Positions 18,247 to 28,148 of a stretch of DNA of 41,148 bases are shown one piece after another; positions within the stretch are counted from its first letter, which is position 1, and each line of letters begins with the position of its first letter. The position numbers and the translations under genes were made by a program. The DNA lies in assembly GCA_023247475.1 (NCBI GenBank), contig JAHFGK010000003.1, positions 1 through 41,148 on the forward strand, in the 5' to 3' direction. Below the pieces are notes generated by a model. That model was not told the origin of the DNA. It saw only the letters and a program-made list of their open reading frames with translations, and made no database searches. Source of the DNA: Candidatus Omnitrophota bacterium (GTDB taxonomy: Bacteria > Omnitrophota > Gorgyraeia > Zapsychrales > JAHFGK01).

Positions 18247-20469
18247 TTATTTAGCTAAAACCCTTTGTTGCGCCATTTCTTTTATGCGCTTTAAATCTCT
18301 TTTTCCTGATCCTAAAAGAGGAATATCATTGATTTGATAAAAATTCTCCCTTTTGGGAATCCATAACTTCGGAATTTCTTTTTGATTAAGCTCTTCCCAC
18401 AAATCTTCAACTTCCATGGTACCCTTATAAAAAACCACGAGGGATTCTCCCCTCTTCTCATCTTGAACAGCTGTTACAGCGCACATGGATTCTGAACCAC
18501 CCAGAATATTTTGGATCTCTTGTTCAATTTTAATATGAGGTACCATCTCACCACCGATTTTACTAAATCGATTCAAGCGATCCGTAATATGAATAAAACC
18601 GTCCTTATCAATCGTTGCAATATCTCCGGTAATATACCAATCATCTTTCATGACCTCTTTGGTCTTCTCTGGGTTATTAAGATAACCTTTCATGACATTG
18701 GGACCTTTAATGAGTAACAACCCTTCTTCATCAAAAGAGCGGAGTTCATAGGTCTCGGGATCAACCACCTTGGCAGCAACTCCCGGAATAGGCTGACCAA
18801 CTTTTCCTGGCTTGTTGCCAACTTGTATAATGTCCTCGTTTGTATTATCCGGATCAGGTACACTTAAGGAAACGATCGGGGAAAGTTCTGTAGCTCCATA
18901 GCCTTCATACGGAAAAATATGAAATTTTTCATAAAAAGCCTTAACAAATTGCTCTTGTAGTTTTTCTGCTCCTGCAACTACATACCTGACAGTTTTGAAT
19001 TGTTCCGTTGTGCATTTACGAATATACGCTGAAAAAAATGTCGGCGTGCCCAAAAGAATTGTCGCTTTGTATTCCTTAATCAACTGACCAATGGTCGCGG
19101 CGTCCAATGGATTAGAATGATACACTGCTGTTAATCCTGTTCCGACGGGAAAACATAACCCGGCCGTAAAACCAAAAGAATGAAAGAATGGAAGAATACC
19201 CAAAATAACGTCGTCCAACTTAACATTGCCAACCTGATAAAAACCCTGGATATTAGAGAATATATTCCCGTGGGACAACATGACGCCTTTGGGTTCGCCG
19301 GTACTACCGCTTGAAAATATAATCGTTGCTACATCATCAATATTTGTTCTATCGCCACGAACAAAGAAAATCTTAATTAAGAATGAAGGTAATAAGAATG
19401 CAGTAACTGTAAACAAAATTTGCTCAAAGATGCTTATCTTCTCCTTAAGGTCTTCCAGAAAAACCATATTCTCTTTAGGTTCAATCTTAATTTTCTCCAA
19501 AAATTTTTTAGAAGTTATGATCATCTTCATTTCGCATTGTCGAATCGCGGATTCCATACTTTCTTTCGATACGGTATAATTAAGATTGACCACAATCTTC
19601 CCCGCCATCAAAACTGCACCATTAATTAAAGAGGCCATGCAAGACGACGGAAGTAAAATTCCTACCATTTCAACTTTGCTGGTATCCTTTTCATGAAATC
19701 TGAACAATTTTCTCGACAATAAAATCAAACTTCCTAAAGCTTGTATGTAATTCACCTTCAAACCTGTAGAATCTGCGACGCACAATTTAAATGGCCGCTT
19801 TTTTGCTTCCCTAATAAAAGCGATATGCAACTTTTCCTGATTTTTACCTCTTAATTTAAACGCGTCCGCTGAAAGTTCTTGAATAGCAAGCCGAACTTGA
19901 TGCACTTTAGATTGGGAAGGCAATGGATGTCCTATTGAAATAGTGACTGGATAAGGAATCGCCTGGGGAATTTTCCAGAAATACTTCCCCCTCTCGAAAC
20001 TGAAAATACTACCCCAGATACAATCCAAATGAATCGGAATAATTGGTGCATCCAAATCTTTCATGATATGCTCAAACCCTCTATTAAAGGTCAACATATT
20101 TCCTGTACGACTTAAAGCACCCTCGGCAAATATGCACACCAAATGCCCTTCCTCTATTGCTACACGAGCTTCTTGAAGAGATTTCATGATCATCTTAGGG
20201 GAATCATTCAAAGAAACGGGGATAGCCCGCATTGATCGGCAAAGAGGATTAAGGAAGAGATTTTCGTAAATCGGCCGGTAAACTAAAAATCGGACATGTC
20301 TTTTTACGGAAGCTAAAACTAAAGGCGGGTCTGCATAAGAAACGTGATTACAAACTAAAAGGGCGCCGTCCGATTCTGGAATATTTTCTGCGCCAACAAC
20401 TTTAATCTTATAAATCACATTCGTTAAGAGCCATTTGATTACTTGTAAAATAGCCTGCTTTATGTCCAT
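18247..20469 (-). CDS. Bifunctional acyltransferase / acyl-ACP (acyl-CoA) synthetase, Aas-like
   Basis: 740 aa. The N-terminal PlsC-type HxxxxD motif is CNHVSYADP. The C-terminal ANL adenylation motifs are IFSSGSTGEPKGVMLSHGNI, EGYGATE and TGDIATIDKDGFIHITDR. The domain order matches E. coli Aas. Confidence 0.8.
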   Translation of the reverse strand: MDIKQAILQVIKWLLTNVIYKIKVVGAENIPESDGALLVCNHVSYADPPLVLASVKRHVRFLVYRPIYENLFLNPLCRSMRAIPVSLNDSPKMIMKSLQEARVAIEEGHLVCIFAEGALSRTGNMLTFNRGFEHIMKDLDAPIIPIHLDCIWGSIFSFERGKYFWKIPQAIPYPVTISIGHPLPSQSKVHQVRLAIQELSADAFKLRGKNQEKLHIAFIREAKKRPFKLCVADSTGLKVNYIQALGSLILLSRKLFRFHEKDTSKVEMVGILLPSSCMASLINGAVLMAGKIVVNLNYTVSKESMESAIRQCEMKMIITSKKFLEKIKIEPKENMVFLEDLKEKISIFEQILFTVTAFLLPSFLIKIFFVRGDRTNIDDVATIIFSSGSTGEPKGVMLSHGNIFSNIQGFYQVGNVKLDDVILGILPFFHSFGFTAGLCFPVGTGLTAVYHSNPLDAATIGQLIKEYKATILLGTPTFFSAYIRKCTTEQFKTVRYVVAGAEKLQEQFVKAFYEKFHIFPYEGYGATELSPIVSLSVPDPDNTNEDIIQVGNKPGKVGQPIPGVAAKVVDPETYELRSFDEEGLLLIKGPNVMKGYLNNPEKTKEVMKDDWYITGDIATIDKDGFIHITDRLNRFSKIGGEMVPHIKIEQEIQNILGGSESMCAVTAVQDEKRGESLVVFYKGTMEVEDLWEELNQKEIPKLWIPKRENFYQINDIPLLGSGKRDLKRIKEMAQQRVLAK

Positions 20470-20542
20470 TTTTCCTTATACGACAATTAATATAAAAAAT
20501 TTTCTATTAATAAAGAAAAGGCTATTATCGGAAAGTCTGGGG

Positions 20543-21562
20543 CTATTTATCATATACTCCAAAGGAACAAACGGAATTACGACCATTTTTCTTAGCTCGA
20601 TAAAGAGCCCAATCAGCCCTTTCCATGAGTTCTTCCAGGGATTGTCCATGCTGTGGATAGCAGGCTACACCAATGCTGACGGTTGTATTAACGGTAGCGT
20701 CATAAATTTTAATAGATGTGGTTTGTACCGCTGATCGAATACGTTCAGCCACGTATTTAGCTCCCTCGGTACTGGTATCCGGCAGGAGTACACAGAATTC
20801 TTCCCCACCATAGCGACCAACAATATCAATTTCTCGAATATTTAGCTTAATGATGGCAGCAATTTCAAGCAGCATTTGATCCCCTGTGAGATGTCCATAT
20901 CGATCATTAAACGTCTTAAAATAATCGACATCAATCATCAAAATCGATAGTTCCATTTTACGCAACTTCGATCGTCGCAACTCTTCTTCTAAGCGTGTCA
21001 GGATATAGCGACGCGTATAAACTTCCGTTAAACTATCGGTGGTCGCTAATCTTTCAATTTCTTGATAAAGTCTAATCCGACGTAAAGCCAAGGCAAATTG
21101 ATGACCTAAAATGACTATTTTCTCCTTATCTAACTCAGAAACTCTCTTAACCGCCAAATACCCTATGGTCCTCTCCTTATCCTGCAAGGTAAAAACAAGA
21201 TAATCTGGCAACTTTTTCAATGATTCAACGTCCTGATCGAAAACATCGAGCAATCGACATTCTTCGAAAGGGATATTCTCTCGTAATTTACCTTTAAAAA
21301 CCTCAAAGGCATCGTGCTCATTAAAATTTTTGGCAATTTCCCTCGTCATTTCATAAAGGATAAATATTTTGGTGGCCTCCTCTTCTAATTGTTCTCTCCC
21401 TTTATGGATCTCCGCCCTTTTTTCGATAAGATTCTGATAATTTTCCTTAATCTTAAGCATATCTTCCGCAAATTTATTCTCGGTCTGCTTAACGACATTT
21501 TTAGCAATGGTCCACACTGCCCATACATAACCAATGATCAAAACAAACATCATGAATTCCAT
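20543..21562 (-). CDS. Diguanylate cyclase (GGDEF) with N-terminal TM helix, coiled-coil and sensor-like region
   Basis: 339 aa. The active site is RYGGEEF. An RxxD I-site (REID) lies five residues upstream. Confidence 0.85.
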   Translation of the reverse strand: MEFMMFVLIIGYVWAVWTIAKNVVKQTENKFAEDMLKIKENYQNLIEKRAEIHKGREQLEEEATKIFILYEMTREIAKNFNEHDAFEVFKGKLRENIPFEECRLLDVFDQDVESLKKLPDYLVFTLQDKERTIGYLAVKRVSELDKEKIVILGHQFALALRRIRLYQEIERLATTDSLTEVYTRRYILTRLEEELRRSKLRKMELSILMIDVDYFKTFNDRYGHLTGDQMLLEIAAIIKLNIREIDIVGRYGGEEFCVLLPDTSTEGAKYVAERIRSAVQTTSIKIYDATVNTTVSIGVACYPQHGQSLEELMERADWALYRAKKNGRNSVCSFGVYDK

Positions 21563-21591
21563 CCCTAATCTTTCTTAAAATACTATTTTTT

Positions 21592-22881
21592 TTAGACTGT
21601 ACAAACTTTATTTTTTCCACTCTGCTTAGCACTATAAAGGGCATAATCGGCCTGTTGAATTAATTCTTCCTTAATCTGAGCATCTTTAGGAAAAGTAGCA
21701 ACACCCACCGAAACCGTAATAGATGTTTTTTCTCGTCGCAAAATGATACTCTGCAACTCAATCCTTTTTCTTACTTCTTCCGCCAATTCTACCGCCTTCG
21801 GTTTGGGACAATCCGGCAAGATGACCACAAATTCTTCCCCTCCATAACGACAAACCAAATCCCCCGGGGCTTGAAAAATTTCCCTTAAAATCATCCCCGC
21901 TGTTCGTAAAACAATATCCCCAGCCATATGCCCAAATTTATCGTTGTATTGTTTAAAGTTATCGATATCAATCATCAAAAAAGAGAGCTCTTGTTTTCGA
22001 CGCAGTACTCGACCGATTTCTTGTGGTAAACGATCCAGCAGATACCGACGTAGATAAAGTCTTGTCAGGCTGTCACGAATGGCTAGATCTTCTAATTTTT
22101 CGTAAAGCTGCGCATTTTCGATTGCCATGGCTCCTACATCCCCCATAGTCATCAATAATCTTAAATCTTCGGTAGTAAACTCCTTTTCCTGGGGACAGTC
22201 CACTCGTAAAATCCCAATAGGTTTATGGTGAACAATTAACGGAACACTCATAACCGAACGAATAGGTCTATATTCTTCCAGAATAATTTTATCTAAATCG
22301 AAACGAAAATCATTTCGGGTGTCCTCAATTAACAACGGTTGCATGGTCTTAACAACCCATTGATCAAACACATCTCCCTTTTTGGCTTTCAAATTGATAT
22401 GGTATTGTCCTTTCTGTGAGGAAATAATTCCTAATTCCCTCTTTTCATGATGGAATAGATAAAGGATGATCGTTACATCGTCACTCCATAACTGACTCAC
22501 TTCTGAAGAAAGTGCCAAGGAAGTATCCTCTAGCGTCAGACACATCGTTAATTTTTCGGTGAGCTCTTTGAGTAGGGCATGATTAATGATTTTCTGGCGT
22601 AAAGCTTCAATGGTCTGCTCTTGTTTAAGGATTTCTGCTTCGATCAAATTAACTCGTTCAAGGTAATCCTGTTTTTGCAAACTGATCTCCGCTTGCTTTT
22701 TAATGAGACGGATATGCAAGGAAACCAAAAGAAGAATACATGCCAACAGTGCTAGAGCTAAAAAGATAAAAAAATGGGGTTGATAAACCTTGGCGTAGAC
22801 AAAAAAACCAACAAGAGGAAGTAAAAGGATGGCAAGAAGAAAATGAGGGCTAAAGAATTGTTTTTTCGGATTCTTTATCAA
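21592..22881 (-). CDS. Membrane-anchored GAF-domain diguanylate cyclase (GGDEF)
   Basis: 429 aa. It has two N-terminal TM spans, a coiled-coil and a GAF-like middle region. The active site is RYGGEEF, and no RxxD sits at the I-site position (APGD). The ORF-track start is a TTG that overlaps the upstream ATPase gene by 32 nt, so the start is uncertain. Confidence 0.8.
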   Translation of the reverse strand: MIKNPKKQFFSPHFLLAILLLPLVGFFVYAKVYQPHFFIFLALALLACILLLVSLHIRLIKKQAEISLQKQDYLERVNLIEAEILKQEQTIEALRQKIINHALLKELTEKLTMCLTLEDTSLALSSEVSQLWSDDVTIILYLFHHEKRELGIISSQKGQYHINLKAKKGDVFDQWVVKTMQPLLIEDTRNDFRFDLDKIILEEYRPIRSVMSVPLIVHHKPIGILRVDCPQEKEFTTEDLRLLMTMGDVGAMAIENAQLYEKLEDLAIRDSLTRLYLRRYLLDRLPQEIGRVLRRKQELSFLMIDIDNFKQYNDKFGHMAGDIVLRTAGMILREIFQAPGDLVCRYGGEEFVVILPDCPKPKAVELAEEVRKRIELQSIILRREKTSITVSVGVATFPKDAQIKEELIQQADYALYSAKQSGKNKVCTV

Positions 22882-23953
22882 AAAAATGTACCTTACTCAT
22901 ATCCAAGACTAAATCCATATCACGATTAACTTCGGGACGATCATGGGCCCCAACCCGGGCGATAAAGGGATGTCTTCCAGAATTAAGATGCAAGTACACC
23001 TCCGATCCCATGGGTTCGATAACCTCACAGGTCGCACGAACCGTATTTTCTAAAGGAGCATCCGAAACAAATAACTTGTCATAAATATCTTCGGGTCGAA
23101 TTCCAAATATAATCTCTTTGCCTTCATAAGGGGCGAGGGTTGGGTACATCTCTTCAACTAACTTAACTTGAAACTTACCTTCATCAAAATAATATTTTTT
23201 TTCCTTCTTGATGATTCGGCCGTCCATCAAATTGATTGGCGGTGAACCGATAAAACTGGCGACAAATTTATTGACCGGTTTATCATAAATGGTGATCGGA
23301 TCGGCGCATTGGTGGATTTTACCATCCTTCATCACAGCAATCCGGTCCCCTAAAGTCATAGCTTCTGTCTGATCATGCGTGACATAAATGAAGGTGGTTT
23401 GTAAACGTAAACGCAATTTATGGATTTCGGTGCGCATCTGCACACGCATTTTCGCATCCAAATTACTCAAAGGCTCATCAAACAAAAAGGCCAAGGGTTT
23501 TCGGACAATGGCCCGTCCTAAAGCCACCCGTTGTCTTTCCCCACCAGAAAGTTGCCGAGGTCGACGCTCCAAAAGATGTTTGATCCCCAAAATCTCGGCG
23601 GCCTCGTGGACACGCCGAGTAATTTCCGGCTTAGGGTACTTACGCAATTTCAGTCCAAAGGACATATTCTCAAAAACCGTCATGTGCGGATAAAGGGCAT
23701 AATTTTGAAAAACCATCGCTATATTTCGGTCTTTGGCGGGAACATCATTGACGATTCTGTCTCCAATCCAAATTTTTCCTTCCGTCATTTCCTCCAGACC
23801 AGCGATCATCCTCAACGTCGTTGATTTCCCACAACCTGATGGACCAACAAGGACGAGAAATTCTTTATTCTCTATTCCCAAATTAACATCCTCAACTGCT
23901 TTGACGCCGCCCTTATAAGTTTTACTCACATTTCTCAAACTGATTTGAGCCAT
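22850..23953 (-). CDS. ABC transporter ATP-binding protein, MalK/UgpC/MsmK carbohydrate-importer type
   Basis: 367 aa. It carries Walker A (GPSGCGKST), the signature LSGGERQRV and Walker B (FLFDEPLSNLD). A MalK-like C-terminal regulatory/TOBE region is present. Confidence 0.85.
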   Translation of the reverse strand: MAQISLRNVSKTYKGGVKAVEDVNLGIENKEFLVLVGPSGCGKSTTLRMIAGLEEMTEGKIWIGDRIVNDVPAKDRNIAMVFQNYALYPHMTVFENMSFGLKLRKYPKPEITRRVHEAAEILGIKHLLERRPRQLSGGERQRVALGRAIVRKPLAFLFDEPLSNLDAKMRVQMRTEIHKLRLRLQTTFIYVTHDQTEAMTLGDRIAVMKDGKIHQCADPITIYDKPVNKFVASFIGSPPINLMDGRIIKKEKKYYFDEGKFQVKLVEEMYPTLAPYEGKEIIFGIRPEDIYDKLFVSDAPLENTVRATCEVIEPMGSEVYLHLNSGRHPFIARVGAHDRPEVNRDMDLVLDMSKVHFFDKESEKTIL

Positions 23954-24006
23954 ATTTTATTCCTTGATCAAATTGAAAAGATCCTCTTTATAGAATTAAG
24001 GGTTTT

Positions 24007-24035
24007 ATTTTATAGAAAACCGTTTGAGTTTGCAA
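24007..24035 (-). promoter_or_regulatory. Candidate sigma70-type promoter upstream of the ABC ATPase gene
   Basis: On the minus strand: TTGCAA (24035-24030), a 17-nt spacer, then TAAAAT (24012-24007). Confidence 0.3.
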
Positions 24036-24050
24036 TGAAATTTATTCGAC

Positions 24051-24905
24051 CTAATTTTTGAGAGAACTCTGAGAGTAATCAATGGTTTGGCTTATGACAT
24101 TTTTAAGATCTTTTCGTTTGACAATCATATCAATCAGCCCATGGGCGAGAAGAAATTCGGATTTTTGGAAACCTTCCGGTAATCTTTGGCGGATCGTTTG
24201 TTCAATAACTCGAGGACCGGTAAAACCAATCAAGGCCTGGGGCTCAGCGATAATGACATCCCCTACCCCCGCAAAGGAAGCCATAATTCCAGCCATCGTG
24301 GGGTTGGTTAAAACGGAAATATACAATAAACCTGCCTCATGATGTCGGGCAAGGGCAGCACAAGTTTTCGCCATTTGTATTAAAGAATAAACACCTTCGT
24401 ACATTCTGGCCCCACCGCCTGAACCAGAAATAATCACAACTGGTAGATGCTGCTTTGTGGCGTATTCCACGGCTCGGGTAATTTTTTCGCCTACGACAGA
24501 TCCCATACTCCCCATAATAAACTGGGAATCAGTCACCGCAATCACGCTGGACTTCTCTTCTAATTTCCCTTGCCCGGTGATGACTGCATCCAGTAACCCG
24601 GTGAGTTTCTGGTCACTTTCTAATTTTTCTTTATACGTTTTGGGGCCTTTGAATTGCAGAGGATCCACCGAAGTCATTTTGGCGTCGAATTCCTCGAAGG
24701 TATCCTTATCGATCAGAAGCTCAATACGCTCTTTGGCGGTAATGGTGAGATGAAACTCACAATGGGGACAAACGTTTAAATTATTTTTTAATTCCTTATG
24801 ATAGGTTGGGGTTTCACATTCTGGACATTTAGCCCATAAACCTTCCGGAATGTCTTTTTTCTTAACTTTAACTAAGGTATATTTATTTTTACCAAAAAGA
24901 GGCAT
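24051..24905 (-). CDS. accD: Acetyl-CoA carboxylase carboxyltransferase beta subunit
   Basis: 284 aa. The N-terminal zinc ribbon is CPECETPTYHKELKNNLNVCPHCEFH. The carboxyltransferase core includes SGSGGARMYEG. Confidence 0.9.
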   Translation of the reverse strand: MPLFGKNKYTLVKVKKKDIPEGLWAKCPECETPTYHKELKNNLNVCPHCEFHLTITAKERIELLIDKDTFEEFDAKMTSVDPLQFKGPKTYKEKLESDQKLTGLLDAVITGQGKLEEKSSVIAVTDSQFIMGSMGSVVGEKITRAVEYATKQHLPVVIISGSGGGARMYEGVYSLIQMAKTCAALARHHEAGLLYISVLTNPTMAGIMASFAGVGDVIIAEPQALIGFTGPRVIEQTIRQRLPEGFQKSEFLLAHGLIDMIVKRKDLKNVISQTIDYSQSSLKN

Positions 24906-24937
24906 AAAAAAAATTCCCTTTCAATACTCCATTCTCA

Positions 24938-26203
24938 TTATTCCATCTTATAAATCGTCAGACCAGATAAAATTTTTGGATAAAAATAAGTGGTCTTGGG
25001 TGGCATGCGTTCACCATTAAGGGCGATGGCCTTCAATTGCTGAATGGTAACGGGGTTCATCGTAAAGCTGACATCAGCTTCCTTTTCATCAACCATTGCG
25101 ATGGCTTGATTAATGTCCTTGGTATAGAAAATATCATCCAATTTTACCCCAACGCGATCAAAAACCAGACATTTCAGGATGGTCGCGTCCAAACGACGAT
25201 ACTCTGGAGAACCTTCCTGAATCTGCTGGTCAATAATCGACTTATTTTTAAGACGTAACAGCCGGATGCCCTCCCTTGAGTATATACCGAAGGCATGTTC
25301 GTTTTTCCCGGCCTTAGCTAATAATATACTCAGATCTTCTTTAGTTTTGATCTTATCAATTCGAAAAAATTCTTCTAGGAAATCTAACCGCGATGGAAAT
25401 TTTTTAACAATCCTGTGCATGGGAAAAATTTCTAAATTCCTCGAATCTATATTGGTAAAATAAGTCATCACATAATTAAATGGCTCTTGCCCGTTCGATT
25501 TGGATTGCTGCTGTAATCGAAAATTGCGATATTCCAACGCCACTTCGTAGCGGTGGTGTCCATCCGCGATGAATAATTCCTGATCGGCTAAGGATTCCGC
25601 AATTTGATTGATTAAGAACGGGTCATCCAAACGCCATAATGTATGGCGCACGTTATCATCACCAACTAAATCAATAAATGGTTTCGTTAAGGACACTTTC
25701 GTATTAAATATTTTTTCCACCCTTTTATCCGTATCCGAAAAACAGACAAAAATCGGACTTAAGTTAGTTTTGAGAAGACTCCATAAACGGTAACGATCCT
25801 CTTTGGCTTTGGACTGGGTATTTTCATGAGGGTAGATGCTGGTGTCGCCTTCATCTTGTAATCTCATCAAAGAAATAAACCCTAAACGACTATGCTTCTC
25901 ACCCAAAACAGAATATTCCTGTTTACAGTAATAGATACAGAGCTTTTGGTCCTCGATGAGGATTCCCTCCTTTAACCATTCTTCATAAATCATTTTCGCC
26001 CGAGTATATTTATTCTCGATCTCATTATCTTTGGGACTATCTTTCCCCAACGAAATACGAATAAAATTATACGGGTTACGCTTATGATACGCATTTTGCT
26101 GTTCTGGAGAAATAACATCATACGGTGGGCAGGTTACCTCCACAAGATCTTTAATTTTCTCCGGATTGTAGTGAACAGCTTTAAATGGTTTTATATACGC
26201 CAT
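24938..26203 (-). CDS. DUF1015 family protein
   Basis: 421 aa. The N-terminus (IKPFKAVHYNPEKI...CPPYDVIS) and IADGHHRYEVAL are typical of DUF1015. Confidence 0.7.
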   Translation of the reverse strand: MAYIKPFKAVHYNPEKIKDLVEVTCPPYDVISPEQQNAYHKRNPYNFIRISLGKDSPKDNEIENKYTRAKMIYEEWLKEGILIEDQKLCIYYCKQEYSVLGEKHSRLGFISLMRLQDEGDTSIYPHENTQSKAKEDRYRLWSLLKTNLSPIFVCFSDTDKRVEKIFNTKVSLTKPFIDLVGDDNVRHTLWRLDDPFLINQIAESLADQELFIADGHHRYEVALEYRNFRLQQQSKSNGQEPFNYVMTYFTNIDSRNLEIFPMHRIVKKFPSRLDFLEEFFRIDKIKTKEDLSILLAKAGKNEHAFGIYSREGIRLLRLKNKSIIDQQIQEGSPEYRRLDATILKCLVFDRVGVKLDDIFYTKDINQAIAMVDEKEADVSFTMNPVTIQQLKAIALNGERMPPKTTYFYPKILSGLTIYKME

Positions 26204-26228
26204 TGTGGTATTGGTCTAGATAAGATAT

Positions 26229-26645
26229 CTAGATATCCTCTCTTCCTAGGGATGCATTCAATGATTGCTTATCTCTCTTCCGAAAATAAATCTTCCCGCC
26301 AATAAAAGCTCCTATGACATCCGCCATAAGGTCAGTCAATGACGACGTTCGCCCCGAAACAAATATCTGATGCAATTCATCACTCACGCCATAAAAAAAG
26401 GATATCATGACGGTCAGAAATAAAATTCCTTTTCTAGACCAATCACCTTTGGTGCGCAGCAGAGCTCGCGCCACGAGAAAGCCATAAAGCGTATATTCTA
26501 GAATATGGCAAACCTTATCAAATGGAATGTTCCCTAATGACGGGGCCTGCAAATCTGGCCAGGATGACACCCCAAAAATAATACCAGAATATAAAATAAC
26601 TGGAAACCAAAATCTAAGGAATTTTCTATTTGTAAACGAGGTCAT
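26229..26645 (-). CDS. VanZ-like membrane protein
   Basis: 138 aa with four hydrophobic spans. Motifs are DKVCHILEY and SDELHQIFVSGRTSSLTDLMADVIG. Confidence 0.7.
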   Translation of the reverse strand: MTSFTNRKFLRFWFPVILYSGIIFGVSSWPDLQAPSLGNIPFDKVCHILEYTLYGFLVARALLRTKGDWSRKGILFLTVMISFFYGVSDELHQIFVSGRTSSLTDLMADVIGAFIGGKIYFRKRDKQSLNASLGREDI

Positions 26646-26670
26646 ATTTTTGTTTACTTGATTGGCTTCC

Positions 26671-26976
26671 TCAGTTGGTGTTTCTGCATGAGCAGTGTGT
26701 ACACGGTTCGGTCTTGGGGGGCTGGGATGGTTTTTCCGAATCTATTTTAGATGCTTCTGTACTCTTTTGTCCTCTTGCACGAGGAAGGTTTTTTTTCTTA
26801 TAATCGGTTTCATAAAAACCGCTGCCTTTAAAAATAATTCCACTCCCCGTACCAAGCAAACGATCCAATTTCCTTTTACCACATTGAGGACATTTCTTAA
26901 GCTTTCTATCCGTCATAGACTGTAAAATTTCAAAACTATAATTACATTCCGAACATTCATACTGATAAGTCGGCAT
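26671..26976 (-). CDS. FmdB-family zinc-ribbon protein (CxxC_CxxC_SSSS)
   Basis: 101 aa. The N-terminus is MPTYQYECSECNYSFEILQSMTD...CPQCG. Confidence 0.8.
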   Translation of the reverse strand: MPTYQYECSECNYSFEILQSMTDRKLKKCPQCGKRKLDRLLGTGSGIIFKGSGFYETDYKKKNLPRARGQKSTEASKIDSEKPSQPPKTEPCTHCSCRNTN

Positions 26977-27005
26977 GTAACCTCCTTGATTCCCAAATCC
27001 CTGCT

Positions 27006-28148
27006 CTATTTAAAAACCTTCTTTATTTTCTCCTTCAAAGATTCGCCATTGTCCCCGACTTTTTCCCCACTCATCTTAGCAAATTCTTCCAGTAATCGCT
27101 TCTGCTCAGTGGTTAAATGAGTCGGGACCTGTATCATCGCTCGAACATAGAGATCTCCTGGAGATCCGCCATGCACATCCGGCACCCCTTTACCTTTAAG
27201 ACGAAATATCTTGCCACTCTGCGTGCCAGCAGGAATGTTCATCATAACTTGACCATTAAGAGTAGTGACCGGGACCTCGGCCCCTAAGGCCGCTTTAACA
27301 AAACTCACCAGCAATTCGTTATGGATATCTTTTCCTTCTCGGTGAAATAACGAATGTGGCTTCACCACAATATAAAGATAAAGATCTCCCGAACCGCTAA
27401 TTCCAGATTCTCCTTCTCCCTTAATTCTCAGACGCGTATCCGTATCGACACCGGCGGGAATAGTCACATCAATATTGCGTGTAATTTGAACGACCCCTTT
27501 CCCTCGGCATTGAGGACAAAATTCCGTAATCACCTTCCCTTGTCCACCACATGTTGAACAAGTTTGAGCCATTCTAAAAAATCCACTGGACATAACAACC
27601 TGTCCTTGACCTCGGCATGTCGAACAGGTTTTCAATGCCGTGCCCGATTTGGCTCCTGTCCCTTGGCAAGAACTACAATGTTCGTGTCGGGGAATCTTAA
27701 TGCTCTTTTTAACACCACTAAAAGCTTCTTCCAAAGTGATTTCCATTTCATACTGGATGTCTCGCCCCCGACGTGCTCTTCTGGAGCCGGAGCGACTTTC
27801 GGTACCAAAAAAGTCAAAAGAATCCCCGAAAAATCGACTTAAAATATCTCCCAAACCCGTTTCCGCAAAAATATCACTAAAATCGGCGCCGCGAAAGATA
27901 TCTTCGGTGGTATAACGTTGATCAATCCCGGCATGACCATACTGGTCGTACATTTGTCGTTTCTGTGTATCGGACAAAACAGCATAAGCCTCAGATATTT
28001 CCTTAAACTTTTCCTCAGCCTCCTTTTTCTGATCCGCAGGAACGCGATCAGGATGATACTTAAGCGCTAAAGACCGGTACGCTTTTTTGATTTGCTGTAG
28101 GTCTGCGCTTTTCGGAACACCTAATATTTCGTAGTAATCTTTTTTCAT
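27006..28148 (-). CDS. dnaJ: Molecular chaperone DnaJ
   Basis: It has a J domain (DYYEILGV...HPD) and a G/F region. The four CxxCxG zinc-finger repeats are CSSCQG, CSTCRG, CSTCGG and CPQCRG. The ORF track starts at 28178. I prefer [11 protein letters not shown] at 28148 by homology. Confidence 0.9.
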   Translation of the reverse strand: MKKDYYEILGVPKSADLQQIKKAYRSLALKYHPDRVPADQKKEAEEKFKEISEAYAVLSDTQKRQMYDQYGHAGIDQRYTTEDIFRGADFSDIFAETGLGDILSRFFGDSFDFFGTESRSGSRRARRGRDIQYEMEITLEEAFSGVKKSIKIPRHEHCSSCQGTGAKSGTALKTCSTCRGQGQVVMSSGFFRMAQTCSTCGGQGKVITEFCPQCRGKGVVQITRNIDVTIPAGVDTDTRLRIKGEGESGISGSGDLYLYIVVKPHSLFHREGKDIHNELLVSFVKAALGAEVPVTTLNGQVMMNIPAGTQSGKIFRLKGKGVPDVHGGSPGDLYVRAMIQVPTHLTTEQKRLLEEFAKMSGEKVGDNGESLKEKIKKVFK

